From NCBI GenBank assembly GCA_028023455.1, contig JAQFVV010000003.1:7440001-7504000 (forward strand): a stretch of DNA of 64,000 bases, written 5' to 3'. This DNA comes from Epiperipatus broadwayi (lineage: Eukaryota; Animalia; Onychophora). Shown here piece after piece: positions 1 through 13,117 of this stretch. The translations under genes were made by a program, and so were the position numbers. Numbering within the stretch: the first letter of the stretch is position 1; every line of letters begins with the position of its first letter. The notes under the pieces were generated by a model, which saw only the letters and a program-made list of their open reading frames with translations, searched no databases and was not told the DNA's origin.

Positions 1-870
1 ACAAGAGGAAATACAACTAGCGCCAACTTCACTCTCATGTTGTGTTAATGGTTTTCTGGTGACAACGTAATTAGTAATTAATCTTTGAAACGATGATTTT
101 ATTAATTGTTTATGAAGCTCGCAATATCCAGACATACAACCATTTAGCTCTCGTTGGAATTTAAGAGCACGTTCGTGATTAGTGTCATTAATAAGAAAAT
201 AATTTGCGAACTGATTAGAAAGTTGAAGACCTTCTCGAATCATTTTTGCAGTGAAAGGAACAGGTTCCACTTCTGTTTCATTATCTTTTTCTACACTTAA
301 AACTAACAACTAAAAATTAAATTCTTATTTTTGTCTTTAATTTTTTAATTTTCAATTCCGTTTAAAAATCAAATTTCGTTTCACATCACAGGTCACCTTA
401 AGTAATTTTTAAATTGTTAATTACAATTAAAAATCAGATTTTAATTTTTAATTGTCAAATTTAATTGTGCCCATTGCTATTACTCACCTTTTAAAAATAA
501 ACTTGCAGACACTAAATGATTAATAATTGATTACGTTCTTTTTTAAAAAGCAAAAATAGAATGTGATTTAAAATGCAAAATTAACACACACGTTTGAACA
601 AATTTACATTATAATAATCTTGTAAAATTTAATGTGTGTACATAAAATGTGGAAATCATGATTTTAATTTCATTATTGCATAAAATCTTACTATTATAAA
701 GCACTGAAAATATTGAAATTATTAAGATGAAAGTCGAATTCCAATATTACTTTCAATATGATGTAAGTGCAAGAAATTTATTATTTAAAGTAATAGCACA
801 TTATCGGAGTTCGACTTCCGAAGAAACATGAATCGCATTAAATAAATCCGCGTAAAACGAGACCCAGGTG
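1..870 (-). mobile_element. Tigger/pogo-family DNA transposon, internally deleted, running off the window edge
   Basis: Minus strand begins CACCTGGGTCTCGTTTTACGCGGATTT at 870, next to TA (871-872), resembling a pogo/Tigger TIR. Open frame 1-309 (FTAKMIREGLQLSNQFANYFLINDTNHERALKFQRELNGCMSGYCELHKQLIKSSFQRLITNY) resembles the Tigger transposase C-terminal helix region. Confidence 0.7.
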
Positions 871-1319
871 TATAAATGTCACATATCATCCAAAACACAT
901 TAATGTGTAATATAATTTCTCCCATATTGTTATGAGCATGCCCTTACTACTGATGAGAACACTGCTACTCAGCATCTTTAAAACTGTCAGAAGGTAGAGA
1001 ATAAATACAGCATTCTTGATGGATTATCATGAAAAATTGTTATCAGACTTAATTTAAAATATTAACCTATGTTTCCTTTATTCTCTATCCTGTGCAATAA
1101 TTAAAATGTTGACATATGGTATACTTGGTGACAGAAATGAGACAAAACACTAATTGAAAAGTAAAGTTAACTATAAACTGATAACATGCCCATGCTGCAT
1201 GTCCCAGTTACAATTTGAAAAAGAAAAGTCCCCAAATCTTTCACTATAATACTGCACAAACACAACAAGCTTAGCCGAGTTTGTTTTTTCCTATATTATT
1301 TTCTCTTTTTCTGAAGTTA

Positions 1320-1640
1320 TTCTCTTTTCAACAAACCAAATCGAAAATATTAATCATCATAATATTTACCTCCACCTAATTTTTCCAGAAATACGTTCAT
1401 GTTTATATCTTCAACTCATCAGCACTAATCCATACCTCATTCTTCTCAAGTCCCTACCATTTTCTCAAATTTTTCCCTTCTAATAGCTTAATATCAAATA
1501 TCTTTTTCACTTTTTAAAATCATACATTTTAAAAATATATATTTCATACTAACTATTCCACTCCCATTATTCATACTTTCCCGGTTTTGAAAGATTTAGA
1601 AAAAATAAACTCCTATTCCAACTATTATCATATACATAAT
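1320..1640 (-). mobile_element. Decayed RTE-type LINE 3' fragment
   Basis: Frame-broken similarity (KLLEGKNLRKW*GLEKNEVW) to the E-R-K-I-L-R-K-I-x-G region downstream of RTE reverse transcriptases. Confidence 0.35.
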
Positions 1641-1663
1641 ATCATACAACCAATAACATATGA

Positions 1664-1867
1664 TAAAACAAAACACTGGAATTAACTTTATAATTGTCAT
1701 TATATCAATATATAAATAAATAACTGATGTAGAGCTAGCTTACAGCACAACTACCATTTTCAGTACTCAAAATGACAGTCATGACATAAATTAGCTACAG
1801 TAATTATTTATTTATTTATATACTGCTATATTGAAAATTGAAGAGTTAATGCCAGTGTTTTGTTTTA
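1664..1867. repeat. ~200-bp element with imperfect ~80-bp terminal inverted repeats
   Basis: TAAAACAAAACACTGG (1664-1679) is the perfect reverse complement of 1852-1867, and similarity continues inward. Bounded by TA and followed by (TA)n. Confidence 0.75.
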
Positions 1868-3092
1868 ATATATATATATATGTTCAGAAATAAATGTTGT
1901 TTGATTTCATAGAACTATATATACAAAAAAAAAAAATAGATGGTTAGTTGCTCAGGAAGCCATGTAACATTCAAAAACCAAAATGGCAAATTGAATATTA
2001 TAACAGTTCTATTCAAATGATCAAATTGAGATTTTTTTTTCCTCTCTCACTTCACTCAGTTGAAAATTGACTACATAACTTTTAAATCTTCAGATTGCCA
2101 TTATTCCACTGCACTAAACTGGGAACTTTTATTAAAATCGTAAAGTGCTTTTATCTTTAAATTCTTCTGTATCTCTCCTCTATTGAGTAACAACCTCTTA
2201 ATTCATTTATGACCATTGACTATAATTGTCTATCTCCAGAGTTTCCCATGCCTCCTTATTCTATTCATAGAATGTTATTAAATTTGCAGTTTAAATTGCC
2301 ACTTGATAATATATCAAGAAAACAAGTTATGAAGGATAAAAAATTTTATATTAAGTAATGAAGTAAATATCTGTTCAAACAGTTTGTCCAAAATAATTGA
2401 AAAATCATCCAAATCATTTATTGTAATCCCTGCATATGTAATAAAAACATAATAAAAACATATTCAATATATTATAAACATAATATTAGTTGCTGTGAAA
2501 ATCATTTGAGATTCAAGTATACAAGTGAAAGATTATTTAAATCATGCGCTTAGCATCAATGTCCTTTGAAGCTTCACTATATTGATCTGTTTATAGTATT
2601 TATGTGCTTTAATCTCTGGATTTCTAGATTTTATAAAGAGTATATTATATATTACATACATGTTTTTTTCTTAATTATATAACAATGTAGAGTGTTAATA
2701 ATAAAAAAAAACAGTTAATAATCTTACTTAAATGAAAATAAGTTACATTTTTCATTATCCATGCAATAAGTACATTTAATATTTAATAGTAGTATCATTA
2801 AGGTTTCTCATAATTTGCATTGGAATGAAAAAACTCTCACTTATTTCCTTTAATAACAATATCTGCTTAAAAGTATGAGTCTGACATTATTGCATTATTA
2901 CAATAGTTTAATTCGATTGACTAAAGTAAGAACCATGTATGTACTGTATATATATTTTCTTCAAATGAAAATTGATACAGAAATCCTGAAAATTTTGAGT
3001 CAATTAATTACTCTACTAATATGCTAAACTATATAGAGAATATGTGCAAATATATATTAAACTATTATATAAATAGAACATTTTGTTCTTAC

Positions 3093-3317
3093 CTGACCTG
3101 GAGTCAGGGCTCTCTTCGGTTTATCAAGAGAAACTATAAGTTTGTGATCTCCACCTAAAGTCAGTGTACATTTACTTAAAGTATCTGCATGTTGAAACTG
3201 GAACAAGCAATCAAACATAAGATCTTGCAGAAGTTTTCTGGGGGGACTGTGAATCCAGTGAGGTTGAGAAGTGAAAAATGTTTGTGCAAAAAGAGAGGGA
3301 TGATTAGTCCCAGGAGC
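3093..3317 (-). CDS. TRMU: TRMU coding exon, APGTNHPSLFAQTFFTSQPHWIHSPPRKLLQDLMFDCLFQFQHADTLSKCTLTLGGDHKLIVSLDKPKRALTPGQ
   Basis: Acceptor taatttcag|GCT, donor CAG|gtaaga; 225 nt = 75 codons. Has the HPxL, HWI and RALTPGQ motifs. The terminal exon (AVFY...CLG) was not found in 1-3092. Confidence 0.97.
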
Positions 3318-4691
3318 CTGAAATTAAAATACATACTAACAATTAATGAATTTACAAAAAAGTTAAAAAAAAAAAAAAGAGAGATGCAATAATTTATATT
3401 AAAAATACTTATTTTCAAAACTTGGTTTATTATTAATAAATTATTAATTTCTACAAATTATTATACAGAATATGCAAGAGAGAGGGAGATAGATCAAAAC
3501 TGATAATGTTATTTTAAAAAGTTATTAATAATACATTGTGTACTGTAAATTATATTTTTATATTAATTAAATGCTCTAAATAATAAAATGCTAGCATAAT
3601 TGAACTAAGGGTGTCATATTGCTTAAACATAGTACTCTATTAATAACTTCCTCAACTTGGCTTGGGATAAAAAATTTCGCATATATGCACTATAGAAACA
3701 TGAAGTTTACAAATTTTATTTGGGCCATGCAAAAAATTAAATTAATCTTGTTAAAATTTACTTCAATGCAGAATAAAGCACAAATTATTCAATGAAACTG
3801 AGAATGACTCAACTGTAAGAGTAGACTTGTACATGATATCCATTCCACAATTTGCAAGCCAAACAATTCTTTAAAGTCATAATGATAGTTATCAACATTA
3901 TCTAAACTAATTCCCCTTACAAAAAGATGGATTCTCATCAAAACTTTGTATCTCTATTAATGATGATATATTAAATAAAAGATTCAAAACATACGATATG
4001 TAATTTAAATCACACACACAACTGAAGTAAAAAAAGCATTTGATATAAAAAATTAAAAAAAATCAAGACCAAAATTCATAAAATAATTCAATTTCTTGCA
4101 AAATATTCTATTCCATTATTAGGAATAACAGAAATCAAAATAAGTAAAAACTTAATAATAATATCTTGAAATGCCAGTCTGCAAAATGGAGTTGCTTTTA
4201 TAACAAAAACAATAGCTTAGTCTTAGGGGTAATATTTAATTAATTCTGACATTATTACTAAATTAGATTATCTGACTATATTCCATTACCATGTGATATA
4301 CAGCCCATAAATCTATTTGAATGTATATGTTATTTCACTATCAAAGCAAGAATATAAGTATTTTGGCCCATCTATGATTTCATTTAGACACATCAAGACT
4401 TAGCATGGGGAAAGAAGGAAACTAAATGCATAAATCCAAAGCTTAATATCTAGTCAATTTCTATATTTCACTATTATAATCATGCAAAAATCATATCAAA
4501 TTTTTTTTAAAGGATGCTTGCTGTAGCTCAAATAGTTTCCACTATTGACCATATATTATTTTTGCCAGCATACTAGGAACAGTTATCTTAATGTATTATT
4601 GCATTAGAAAAAAAAAAATTAGCTGTAGCCAAAAATCATCTAGTATGTGCTATAAAAAAGGTTTGTTTAAAGAATGAAGTATGATTATCAA

Positions 4692-5281
4692 TGTCATATC
4701 TCACCATGCCATCAAAAGTGGACTGGTCCAGATACCTTATCTTATCGGATTGAGCATTCATTCCCGCTAATGTAAAACACAGCCAATGGTTAATACTGAC
4801 CAATAGGCAGAAATACTCTCAGAATCTGATGGTTGCCAGTAAGGTTGGGAATCTGGTAATAAATAGTCAGTCTATTTTTTGATGCAAGCAGAGAATGTCA
4901 GTCTAACCTAAACCACTGCACACGCTCTAACAATGAACATTCTATTATAGTCATTACACTATAAGTTTATCACAGTGATGCAAGTCCACATTAGGACTGG
5001 AAGCTGCAAAGACTACAATCGACTTGAAGCAAGCTGTCTATTATAACTGGAAGAGTCATAGCTAAAACTCACGAAGCAAGCTATTATACAGCTGGAAGTA
5101 AGTCTAATCACTTCGGGCAAAACTAGCTCCATACTAACTAGATATATAGTCATGATATTGTATTTATTGATTGTATAATATGTATATATATTTCTTACTA
5201 ATAAATTATACTAATTCACTTTGAGTGTTCATATTTTTTATAACTGTCAGTTTGAGTCTGCAATTCAGACCAAACACAACA
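4692..5281 (+). mobile_element. Probable solo LTR
   Basis: TGTCAT...CAACA termini, AATAAA near the 3' end, internal short direct repeats (GAAGCAAGCT twice). Flanked by ATCAA and ATCAT, a possible 5-bp TSD with one mismatch. Confidence 0.45.
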
Positions 5282-8200
5282 ATCATGAAAGAAGCATAAA
5301 AGATTTTCTCAATATAAAATATGTTTAGAAAGGTATAATTTACAGCATTTCAACTTTAATAAACTCTTCTGTTTTCAAAAGATTGATTCATCAATAGAGT
5401 TAGATGTAGTTTTTTCAGAATGATATTTCAAAAATCAATTATAAATATATTTTATTTCTAGAGCATGAATTTTGATGTAGGAAGACGCTAGAAAAATTAT
5501 GCTAAGAAGGTGACGATTTATGGCAAACTACCAATGACAATAATTAAATATTACTACCACTGGTAATAATTAAATATTATCACTTAATCATAGTATTCTA
5601 TTGCTTAATTATCCTAAACTACCTTCAAGCAAAGAACTTAACAGAGTGAGTTATAATAAATTGGAAACTGTAAAAATAATTTTATTACAAAAAAAAAAAA
5701 AAGCTAGGCACGGAATCTGGAACTTGTATAATTTATATCATATAATGATGAGAATTCTTACACTGTACTAAATTACTAATGTGGAAAACTTTATGAATTA
5801 TATACAAAACTATATACAATATTATTATTGAGAAACCAAATGCATTTCTGATTAAAACTAGTTAAGATATTAAATAAATCTTATATGAAAAAAAAATTAA
5901 GAATATATATTCATAACATAAAGATTATTATTATTATTATTTAATAAAATGTAAAATGGAATAATGTGCGAATAATATAATTTTTTTTAATATTTTCATT
6001 GTACTAATATTATTTTATAATTAAGAAAGAAAATAAACAACATTTTAACAGTAACAATGTTCAATATTACCAATAAAATTTTATAAATAAAAATATTTTA
6101 TTAAACTTTTTTGATCTTTAGCAATTCATTTATAATACAAGTTTGTTCAGCAAGAATGAAAAAAAAAATCTTAAAAGAAATTGTAAGTTTTGGATGTTTG
6201 AAGAATTTTCTTAAAAAAGTAATATTGATATATTGTTTTATAATAAAATTACAAAGAAAAAGGAGATAATTCTTGAGATTATTCATTCAAATAAACTTGG
6301 AATAATATTAAATTATTTACCCAAAAAGAGTGATTCTGTTTACAGGAATCAAGAATTTGAAATGAAAAAGTAAGTAGCATTTTTAAAACTATATTTAAAT
6401 TGCTCAATCTATTTAAATCTATTGTGTAAGCATTTTTTTTTTTTTTCAAAAAGAAATAGAAAATTATTATATTATAAAAACAGAAATTGGTCTATTTTCA
6501 TATTTAATGTATTTTGGTCAAAAATGTACAAGAATAAAAATAAATGTCTACATTACAATTTTAAAAAAGGGAAATAATAGTTTTGCCATCTCAATATCCA
6601 GTACTACATTTATATGCTACTAAAAAAAAAAAAAATTAACAAAAAATAAAAATCTTAAAATTTTTAAATTAATTAGAAATATGCAAATTTTACATATATA
6701 TTAATTTTTCCAGCATAGCAGCTATCGTTTTCTATTCTTACAGTGTTCTTTCCAAGTCTCACATTATGAAATATCACACTTTCATTGAATTGCTTAAATT
6801 TGTCAGTCATATTTCTTGTAATTAAATTGAAAGCAATACATGCATTTTTTTCTCTGCTTTTTTGTCTTCAAAAATTTAAAATTTCATTTGAAATGACTTC
6901 AAAACCTAAAATTAGTGATTAGAGCAATTCTACCAATAAAAAAAAAAATGTATGAAAATGATACTTATTAATTTAATTCCCCCCAAAAAATCATATTGCG
7001 AAGTTAGATGTTTGTTGTGAAATAGTGAAAGAGTAAATTCAAAAAAAAAAATACATGAATGAAAAAAAAGTCAACACATGTTCACACACTAATGCATACA
7101 CATGTGAATATATGTATTTTTTGCATTATTCAATTTTTTTAAAAATTATTTTTGTTTATAATCTTAAATTATTTACATGTATATACATGTTGAAAAGCAA
7201 ATGCTCTCTCTATGGACATACATACATATGTGTGTTGAAAAATATTATTCACATATAAGACAGTAGAGTGTACAGTAAATAGAATGACCATCCATTAGGA
7301 ATCTTGTAACAAATATGATGAATACATTACCTCCATTGTAGATATATTTTTGGGAAGCTTTCTTATTTAAATTTACTGCTATCTGCTATACATTGACATC
7401 CATTCCCAGTATATTTGAAAACCTCACCTGAAATGAAAATGTTGTCTACAGACTATTTCTTATTTGATCTCCCAAGTTAAAAACTCTATTTGACAATGTT
7501 CAGAAGTCATAGTAAAAAAAAAACGTCACTTTAACATCCACATATGTATTTAATTATAATTGGATGTTGTAGTACATTCATTTTTGCTGACATAGTTATG
7601 AAGAGCTTAATGACCTCTACATGGCTGACATTTATTTTTTAAAAATCCATTTATTTACTATTAACTTGCAAATTTATTATTCTTTTCTTTTTTAAAATAT
7701 ATATAAATTATCAATTTGAGAATATAAATCAGTTTAAATATCTTGAATAGTTTTATAAATAGAAAAATGGACTATGTGATGCTGCTGCTTTTAACTAGTT
7801 AAAATGTATATATATTTAAAGATAGAATATTATTTCATCACAGGGAAATAGCTACCACAACTAAGTTAGCTGTGTATAAAATATATTGTTTTATTGAATT
7901 TATGGTATGGAAGTGAAACTTTGAACTGTATCAGTGCAGTATAAAGGTGTTAGAAAAGTTCATTTATGAATGATCCAGAAAACTTTAAAAATATAACGGC
8001 AAGATTGTAAAACCTGTCAATATGTTCTTCAACTTGTGGGTGTGATACTATTGAGTCTACTATTATAAAATCAAACCTTTGTTGGTGAAATGGTATTATT
8101 TAGCCATCATCCCGTTTTCCCTAGTTCAAACCCTCCCAGTCCATATATATAAGCTTATAATACTGTGTTTTAATATGTAATAGCATATATTTACGTGTAT

Positions 8201-8799
8201 GTATTTGTATATGTGCGCACATCTAATAGTAATATTAATGTTTGTATGTGTATAATGTATACGCAGTTATAAAGTTAAAATTAATGTATAAATTAAATTA
8301 AGTTGTGTGAACATTGTTATATGTGTGTAACCACCTACATATATATGCGAAAAAAGTCATAATGCAATAGGTTTAAAAAGCGTTACAACTCTTTTAAATT
8401 AATATAAATCTGAATTACTCTCAGTTAAAAACTCTCTATTTAAATGCATGGCTATATAAATTTCAATTCCTGTGATAGTCTCACACACATATATAATAAA
8501 ATGTCTACAAACTTAAACTCTTTTAAAAAAAAGTTAACTGTTTTTATAAAAAAAGCTGTAAATTCTTAGAAAACCATTTGTAAGCAATTAATAAAACTTG
8601 GAATCAAAATTTTAAATGTATTTTAAAAATAAAACTAAGAACAAAGAGTGACCTGTTTAACCATCATTGTTTTGGCCAAGAAATGACCAAAGGTTTCATT
8701 TTTATGGATTCTAAATTACTGATGAAAATTTTGTGGAATGTTATAAACAGCGCACTCAAGTTACCGATTTTTCTTGTGTAATTAACCTTAAATTTTGAA

Positions 8800-10443
8800 T
8801 AGGGGGATTTCATTCTTGATAAGGATATAGTAATTGCTGCTAGTCATCTATGACTTGACTGGAATGGAGTTTGGTGGCTAAGGCCATACCATTTGCCGGC
8901 TCTCCTTTCAAGAGATTGGTCTGTGGAGATGGAAGAATGGGGAGACTGCCAAGAAGACATCGGGACGAGATCAGCCCAGCCGAGAATGATGGTGATACAG
9001 CACAGAGAAGCCTCAGCAAAGAAGATGCAGTAATAATTTTTCCCACAGAACTCTTTAAAAATAATTCTAATAAATTATCTAAAAGTTAAGCTAGCTACTA
9101 ATCTATAATGTGCACAAACTTCTAAACTGTAATAATATTCTAATAATTAAAACTGATTTAAATCTGTAAAATATAATTTAAAATTCTGATAAAATAATAC
9201 CTGTAAACTTGCCTATTTATTAAATTAAACTCTAAATGCTTGTCAAATAATAACTTATTCAGTTATTATTCTATTACTCACTAATCTGTGGTCATGCCTT
9301 TCTTATTTGTTTTATATATGTTTATTTTATAATTTATGCTATGCCCAGTTCAGAACGGAGATTGATTCTATGAATAAAAATTGAGGGGGCGATGATTAGA
9401 GACTCTCATAATTCACACACAAATCTCCGCTCTGAAAACCTAAATATATTCGTTAAGCTATTATGTTTAGCTTACTAGGATTATTGCTGTTAGAATTAGG
9501 TTTGCTAGTTAATAAAATAATTAGTTAATAAATGCAAGAATGAGTTATAAAGCATATTAAATGCAAGAATGAGTTATAAAGCATATTATATGTATTGCTT
9601 AAGTCCCAGATATGCTTTATCCCTCTTTTGAGTTATAATATAAACTATGTAGATTTGTTAATTAGATTATTTTAAGTATTCCTTTAAGAATGCTAATTAT
9701 GAACTGGCGCATCGTAGTTTCGTGGAACGAAACTATAGAATTTTGCATACTCTAAGTTATTAATTAATATTATATTTAGCGTGGCAAATGTGTGTTTAGG
9801 AAGCACATATGTACATTTATGCCTTGCTGTGTTTCTTATATGAATGGGCGTCTGGTTTTAATGGATACCCCATCTACTTAGTTCGGACAGCTCTTCTTTA
9901 GAACTGGAACATGAGGGTCCAGATTGTTTTATAAGCTACTCCATTCACAGCAAGTCATATGGTCCATGGGAACAAGTATGTGGTACTGAATACCCTGAGT
10001 AACTACACATGTGATACGCACATATCTCTAGTAATATATATAATGCCATAGTATCTGAAGTCATACTACAAAGCTCCAGTTCATCCCTCCATAATGTAAT
10101 AAGATTTCAGCATTGATCTGAATATGTAATCTGGTTTTGTATGTATATAATCTGCATAGAGAGCCTATTGCAGCTCATTAAGTATTATTAAATGATATGG
10201 TAATAAATCATCATTCTTGCAACGACTTAATCGTTGCAAACCTAATAGGGAGGGCATAGTAAAATTAAGGCATGAATAGACCGTAAATTATTAAATGTGT
10301 AATAAACTCTTTTAAATCATAGTGTATCAGATGAGATTCTGTTCTCAAACTTGCTCATCATTGTTACACCTGCGTCTGTCGTTCAATGCACTCATGTTTA
10401 TTTAACCTATATTTAATAATTAAAATATATTAAATTACAATCA
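8800..10443 (+). mobile_element. 3' end of an LTR retrotransposon: GC-richer internal tail, polypurine tract and ~1051-bp LTR (9393-10443)
   Basis: GAGGGGGCGA directly precedes TGATT at 9393, and the segment ends AATCA at 10443 (5-bp inverted termini). Contains a 29-bp tandem duplication (9529-9586) and two 9-bp-stem hairpins. Left boundary approximate. Confidence 0.55.
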
Positions 10444-10789
10444 ATGTGTTGCGTATCATTCATAATCCACTCCAAATCTTAGTTAAATTTCTTAATACTA
10501 GTGTTAATTATTGATATATGCATTGTCTAGCCAGCCATAGAAGTGTGTATTTGGTTAAATTTTTAGTAATTTAGTTAATATTCCCTGAGTCTCTTGCTCC
10601 ACCCTTTCCTACTGCCAGCACACGAATTAAAAAACTCCGAGTGTAGCCTCATATATGTCATTCATAGGGTAGTAAGTCATGGAGTGTTGATGAAGGAGCT
10701 GAGGTGCGATCTGATTCGAGGTCTCAACCCTCATCTAGATCAGCTTTGGTGTAATTTTCCAAAACTGGATTTTTTTTTGAGAATGTATA

Positions 10790-10880
10790 AATCTGACCGT
10801 CACATTGGATTGGACATGTAAAACAAATGGAAGATTTCTTAAAAAGATATTTCAAGGTAAAATTGAGTATGAATTTGTAG
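10790..10880 (+). mobile_element. RTE LINE 3' fragment
   Basis: CATTGGATTGGACATGTAAAACAAATGGAAGAT encodes (W)IGHVKQMED and is followed, after a frameshift, by an IFQGKIE-like segment, matching the RTE W-x-G-H-V...G-K-I-E-G motif. Confidence 0.5.
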
Positions 10881-12761
10881 AAGACAGTTCCTGTCTATGT
10901 TATAAGTATTATCTCAAAAATATTCCAGAGATATGCAATATCAATTGTTTCTATTGGGTAAAAAATAACAGAGAATAGAATACATTGGGTAACAGCAATT
11001 AGACGAGGTATTAGAATAGGTCAGAGAAAAAAGTTTTCTGTTGAGGAAACTAACAGACAACATCATAAAATATCAAGTAAACAGAAAAACAGATTAGCCA
11101 GTTCTATATATTGACAGACTGGTTTGTGTAGTCAATGCAAATCTCATTTCTAGAGTAGTTTTTTCTCATAGTCTTTCTCCTTTTTTTTTTAGTTGGAATG
11201 GCCATACTCATTTGAGTGGCTATTTATCATTATTATTATATAAATTACTTGGAATAATTAGAAAAGAATTGTATAGTTAGTCATTTACAGGATAGAGGAT
11301 AACATGTATAAAGACATAGGTTGATATTAAATAGAATTTATGATAGAATATTACATATTAAATATAAAATTAAAATTAAATAAATATAAATGGACCGTGT
11401 TATTATTAAAAGAAAAAAAATTATTAGAGTTTGCAATTTAGTTTTTATCTAGAACAGCTCTATTCCGAATAATACTATACATAATATTAATTACATCTCT
11501 TAATATTATTTAAATAAAAAAAATACAGATGGTCCTTAACTTATATAAGTAGAACCATCCACATAATGTTAAGAAATTTAAAAGATGCATAAACATTAAA
11601 TAAAAGCACATAAGCAAAAATAAACTTTGTTTGTCTGAAGGTTTGTAATGATGGCATTTTAGTATTAATTATATGTTGGATTATTTCCATCATCTAATAT
11701 TAAAATGTTGAATGTCTTTAAAAAAAAGTTTTAAACTTTATTTAAACTTTTCAAATACATTTAACTGTTAGTAATAGTACATAGATTAGTACATAACATA
11801 ACATTTCAAATGATATTATTCTCTTCTATTCTTGCATTGCTGGCCTGATTAGTGGCAGTACTAGCATAGAAATCAAACATGGACCTTTATATTTGTGAAT
11901 ATTGAATTTAAGATAATGCTTTAACCCACTGAGTTATTCTGTCTTTGGCAGCTTAGCTCAGTTTAGATGTTTCCTTTTCTGTTAATAAAATAATTTATCA
12001 AAATTAGGATTATGGATAGTTTCTTTGATTTTAAATAACATAAATAAGTCTTGCTATTATTCTATTTACAAATATATTATTTGTTAAACCTAACAAGCAT
12101 AAATAGTTCAAACTACCAAAATCTTTCAGATTTATGAGCATTCCACCAAGTTTGTTATAAACTTTGAACGTTTGCTCAGTATAAAATTTTCCAAACCAAT
12201 CTAATTCACTATATATATATGCATTTCCTCAAAAACCTTAGTTTGTCAGGTGAGAATTGAATTATCTGAATATCCACACAAAAATTAGTCAGACTTTTCT
12301 ATTTATATATCATAATTATAACCAATTGGATTTTGAAGACTGAATGTTTTAATAACTTGCTGTATACATGTAAGATGTTTAACATACCAATTCTTCAATA
12401 TTTAAATCTCATAATGGATGGAGATAATTCTTTACAGTGACATATTTCTTCAGTGTAACATGTTTCTTAGAATGCCATATATTCTTGTTTCATTGAGAAT
12501 TACAATATGGATTTTTATTATTATTGCCTATGATGAGATATACATTTTTGAATAATTGATGGATTAAATACCACATATATTTACACACATACACGCAACT
12601 GATGATTAACATTTAATCTCCAAATATCGAATTGTTTGTAATTAAAGCATATAAATAAAAAAATCTATTGGTTTCTGTGTGATTATTCAAATGTTTCATA
12701 TCTCTAGTTCACCTGATAAACTGGAGTTTTTGGTAAAATGTATATACAATAGTTCAAAATA

Positions 12762-13117
12762 TATCACATGACCACCTCCTCTTATCCTTGTGTATAACTG
12801 TTGTTAAAACAGGCAAAACTCACTATATTTATTGCCACACACGGCAAGCTAGAGTAATCAATGGATGCCAGAAGGCTTGTGCATAAAATCCCTATCTAGT
12901 GCCTACTCATCCAATATCCCCAGATTAGTTTCTGGCTTATGGCCTTCGTCAGCGAGGAGCTTTGGATCTGAAAGCACTGCATCTAGATCTTAGGATCTAA
13001 TGCAACCCTCCAGCAACCACCTTTTATCTCCATTTAACAACAAAACTATGAGTCTTAAACTGAAAACACCTTAATGTTTTCAATCCAAGCCCATTAGCTT
13101 GTGTTACAAATCTGAAA
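12762..13117 (-). mobile_element. Hammerhead repeat family A, dispersed 5'-truncated monomer
   Basis: Aligns along its length with the monomers at 53410-54436 (e.g. CTAGAGTAATCAATGGATGCCAGAAGGCTTGTGCATAAAATCCC is identical). It ends at the same GGTGxTCATGTGAT point as the 54.4-kb copy. Confidence 0.9.
12917..12958 (-). ncRNA. Type I minimal hammerhead ribozyme motif, family A (helix III G-to-A variant)
   Basis: Minus strand reads TCCTCG-CTGACGA-A-GGC-CATAA-GCC-A-GAAA-CTAA-TC|TGGGGA. Confidence 0.75.

Noticed and set aside
481-515. Minus-strand donor AG|gtgagt after VSASLFLK, resembling the end of TRMU exon 1
   Set aside because: Wrong position (downstream of the gene body) and no SGGVDS motif.
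942-1000. CTGATGAG...AAAACTGTCAG, hammerhead-like
   Set aside because: G12 is missing, the base of helix II is unpaired and helix I is out of register. At most a heavily decayed motif; single copy.
3189-3392. Plus-strand ORF, and most other 60-130-aa ORFs in the supplied track
   Set aside because: These are antisense shadows of TRMU exons or transposon remnants, or low-complexity I/F/L/K/N-rich frames expected by chance in very AT-rich DNA.
7950-8150. Possible mariner/Tc1 transposase tail; similar weak LINE or Tc1 traces at 12200-12510, 19040-19230, 32450-32640, 39280-39700, 40515-40720, 51880-52260, 61900-62030 and 63900-64000
   Set aside because: Only one short, frame-broken motif each; too weak to assign a family without a search.
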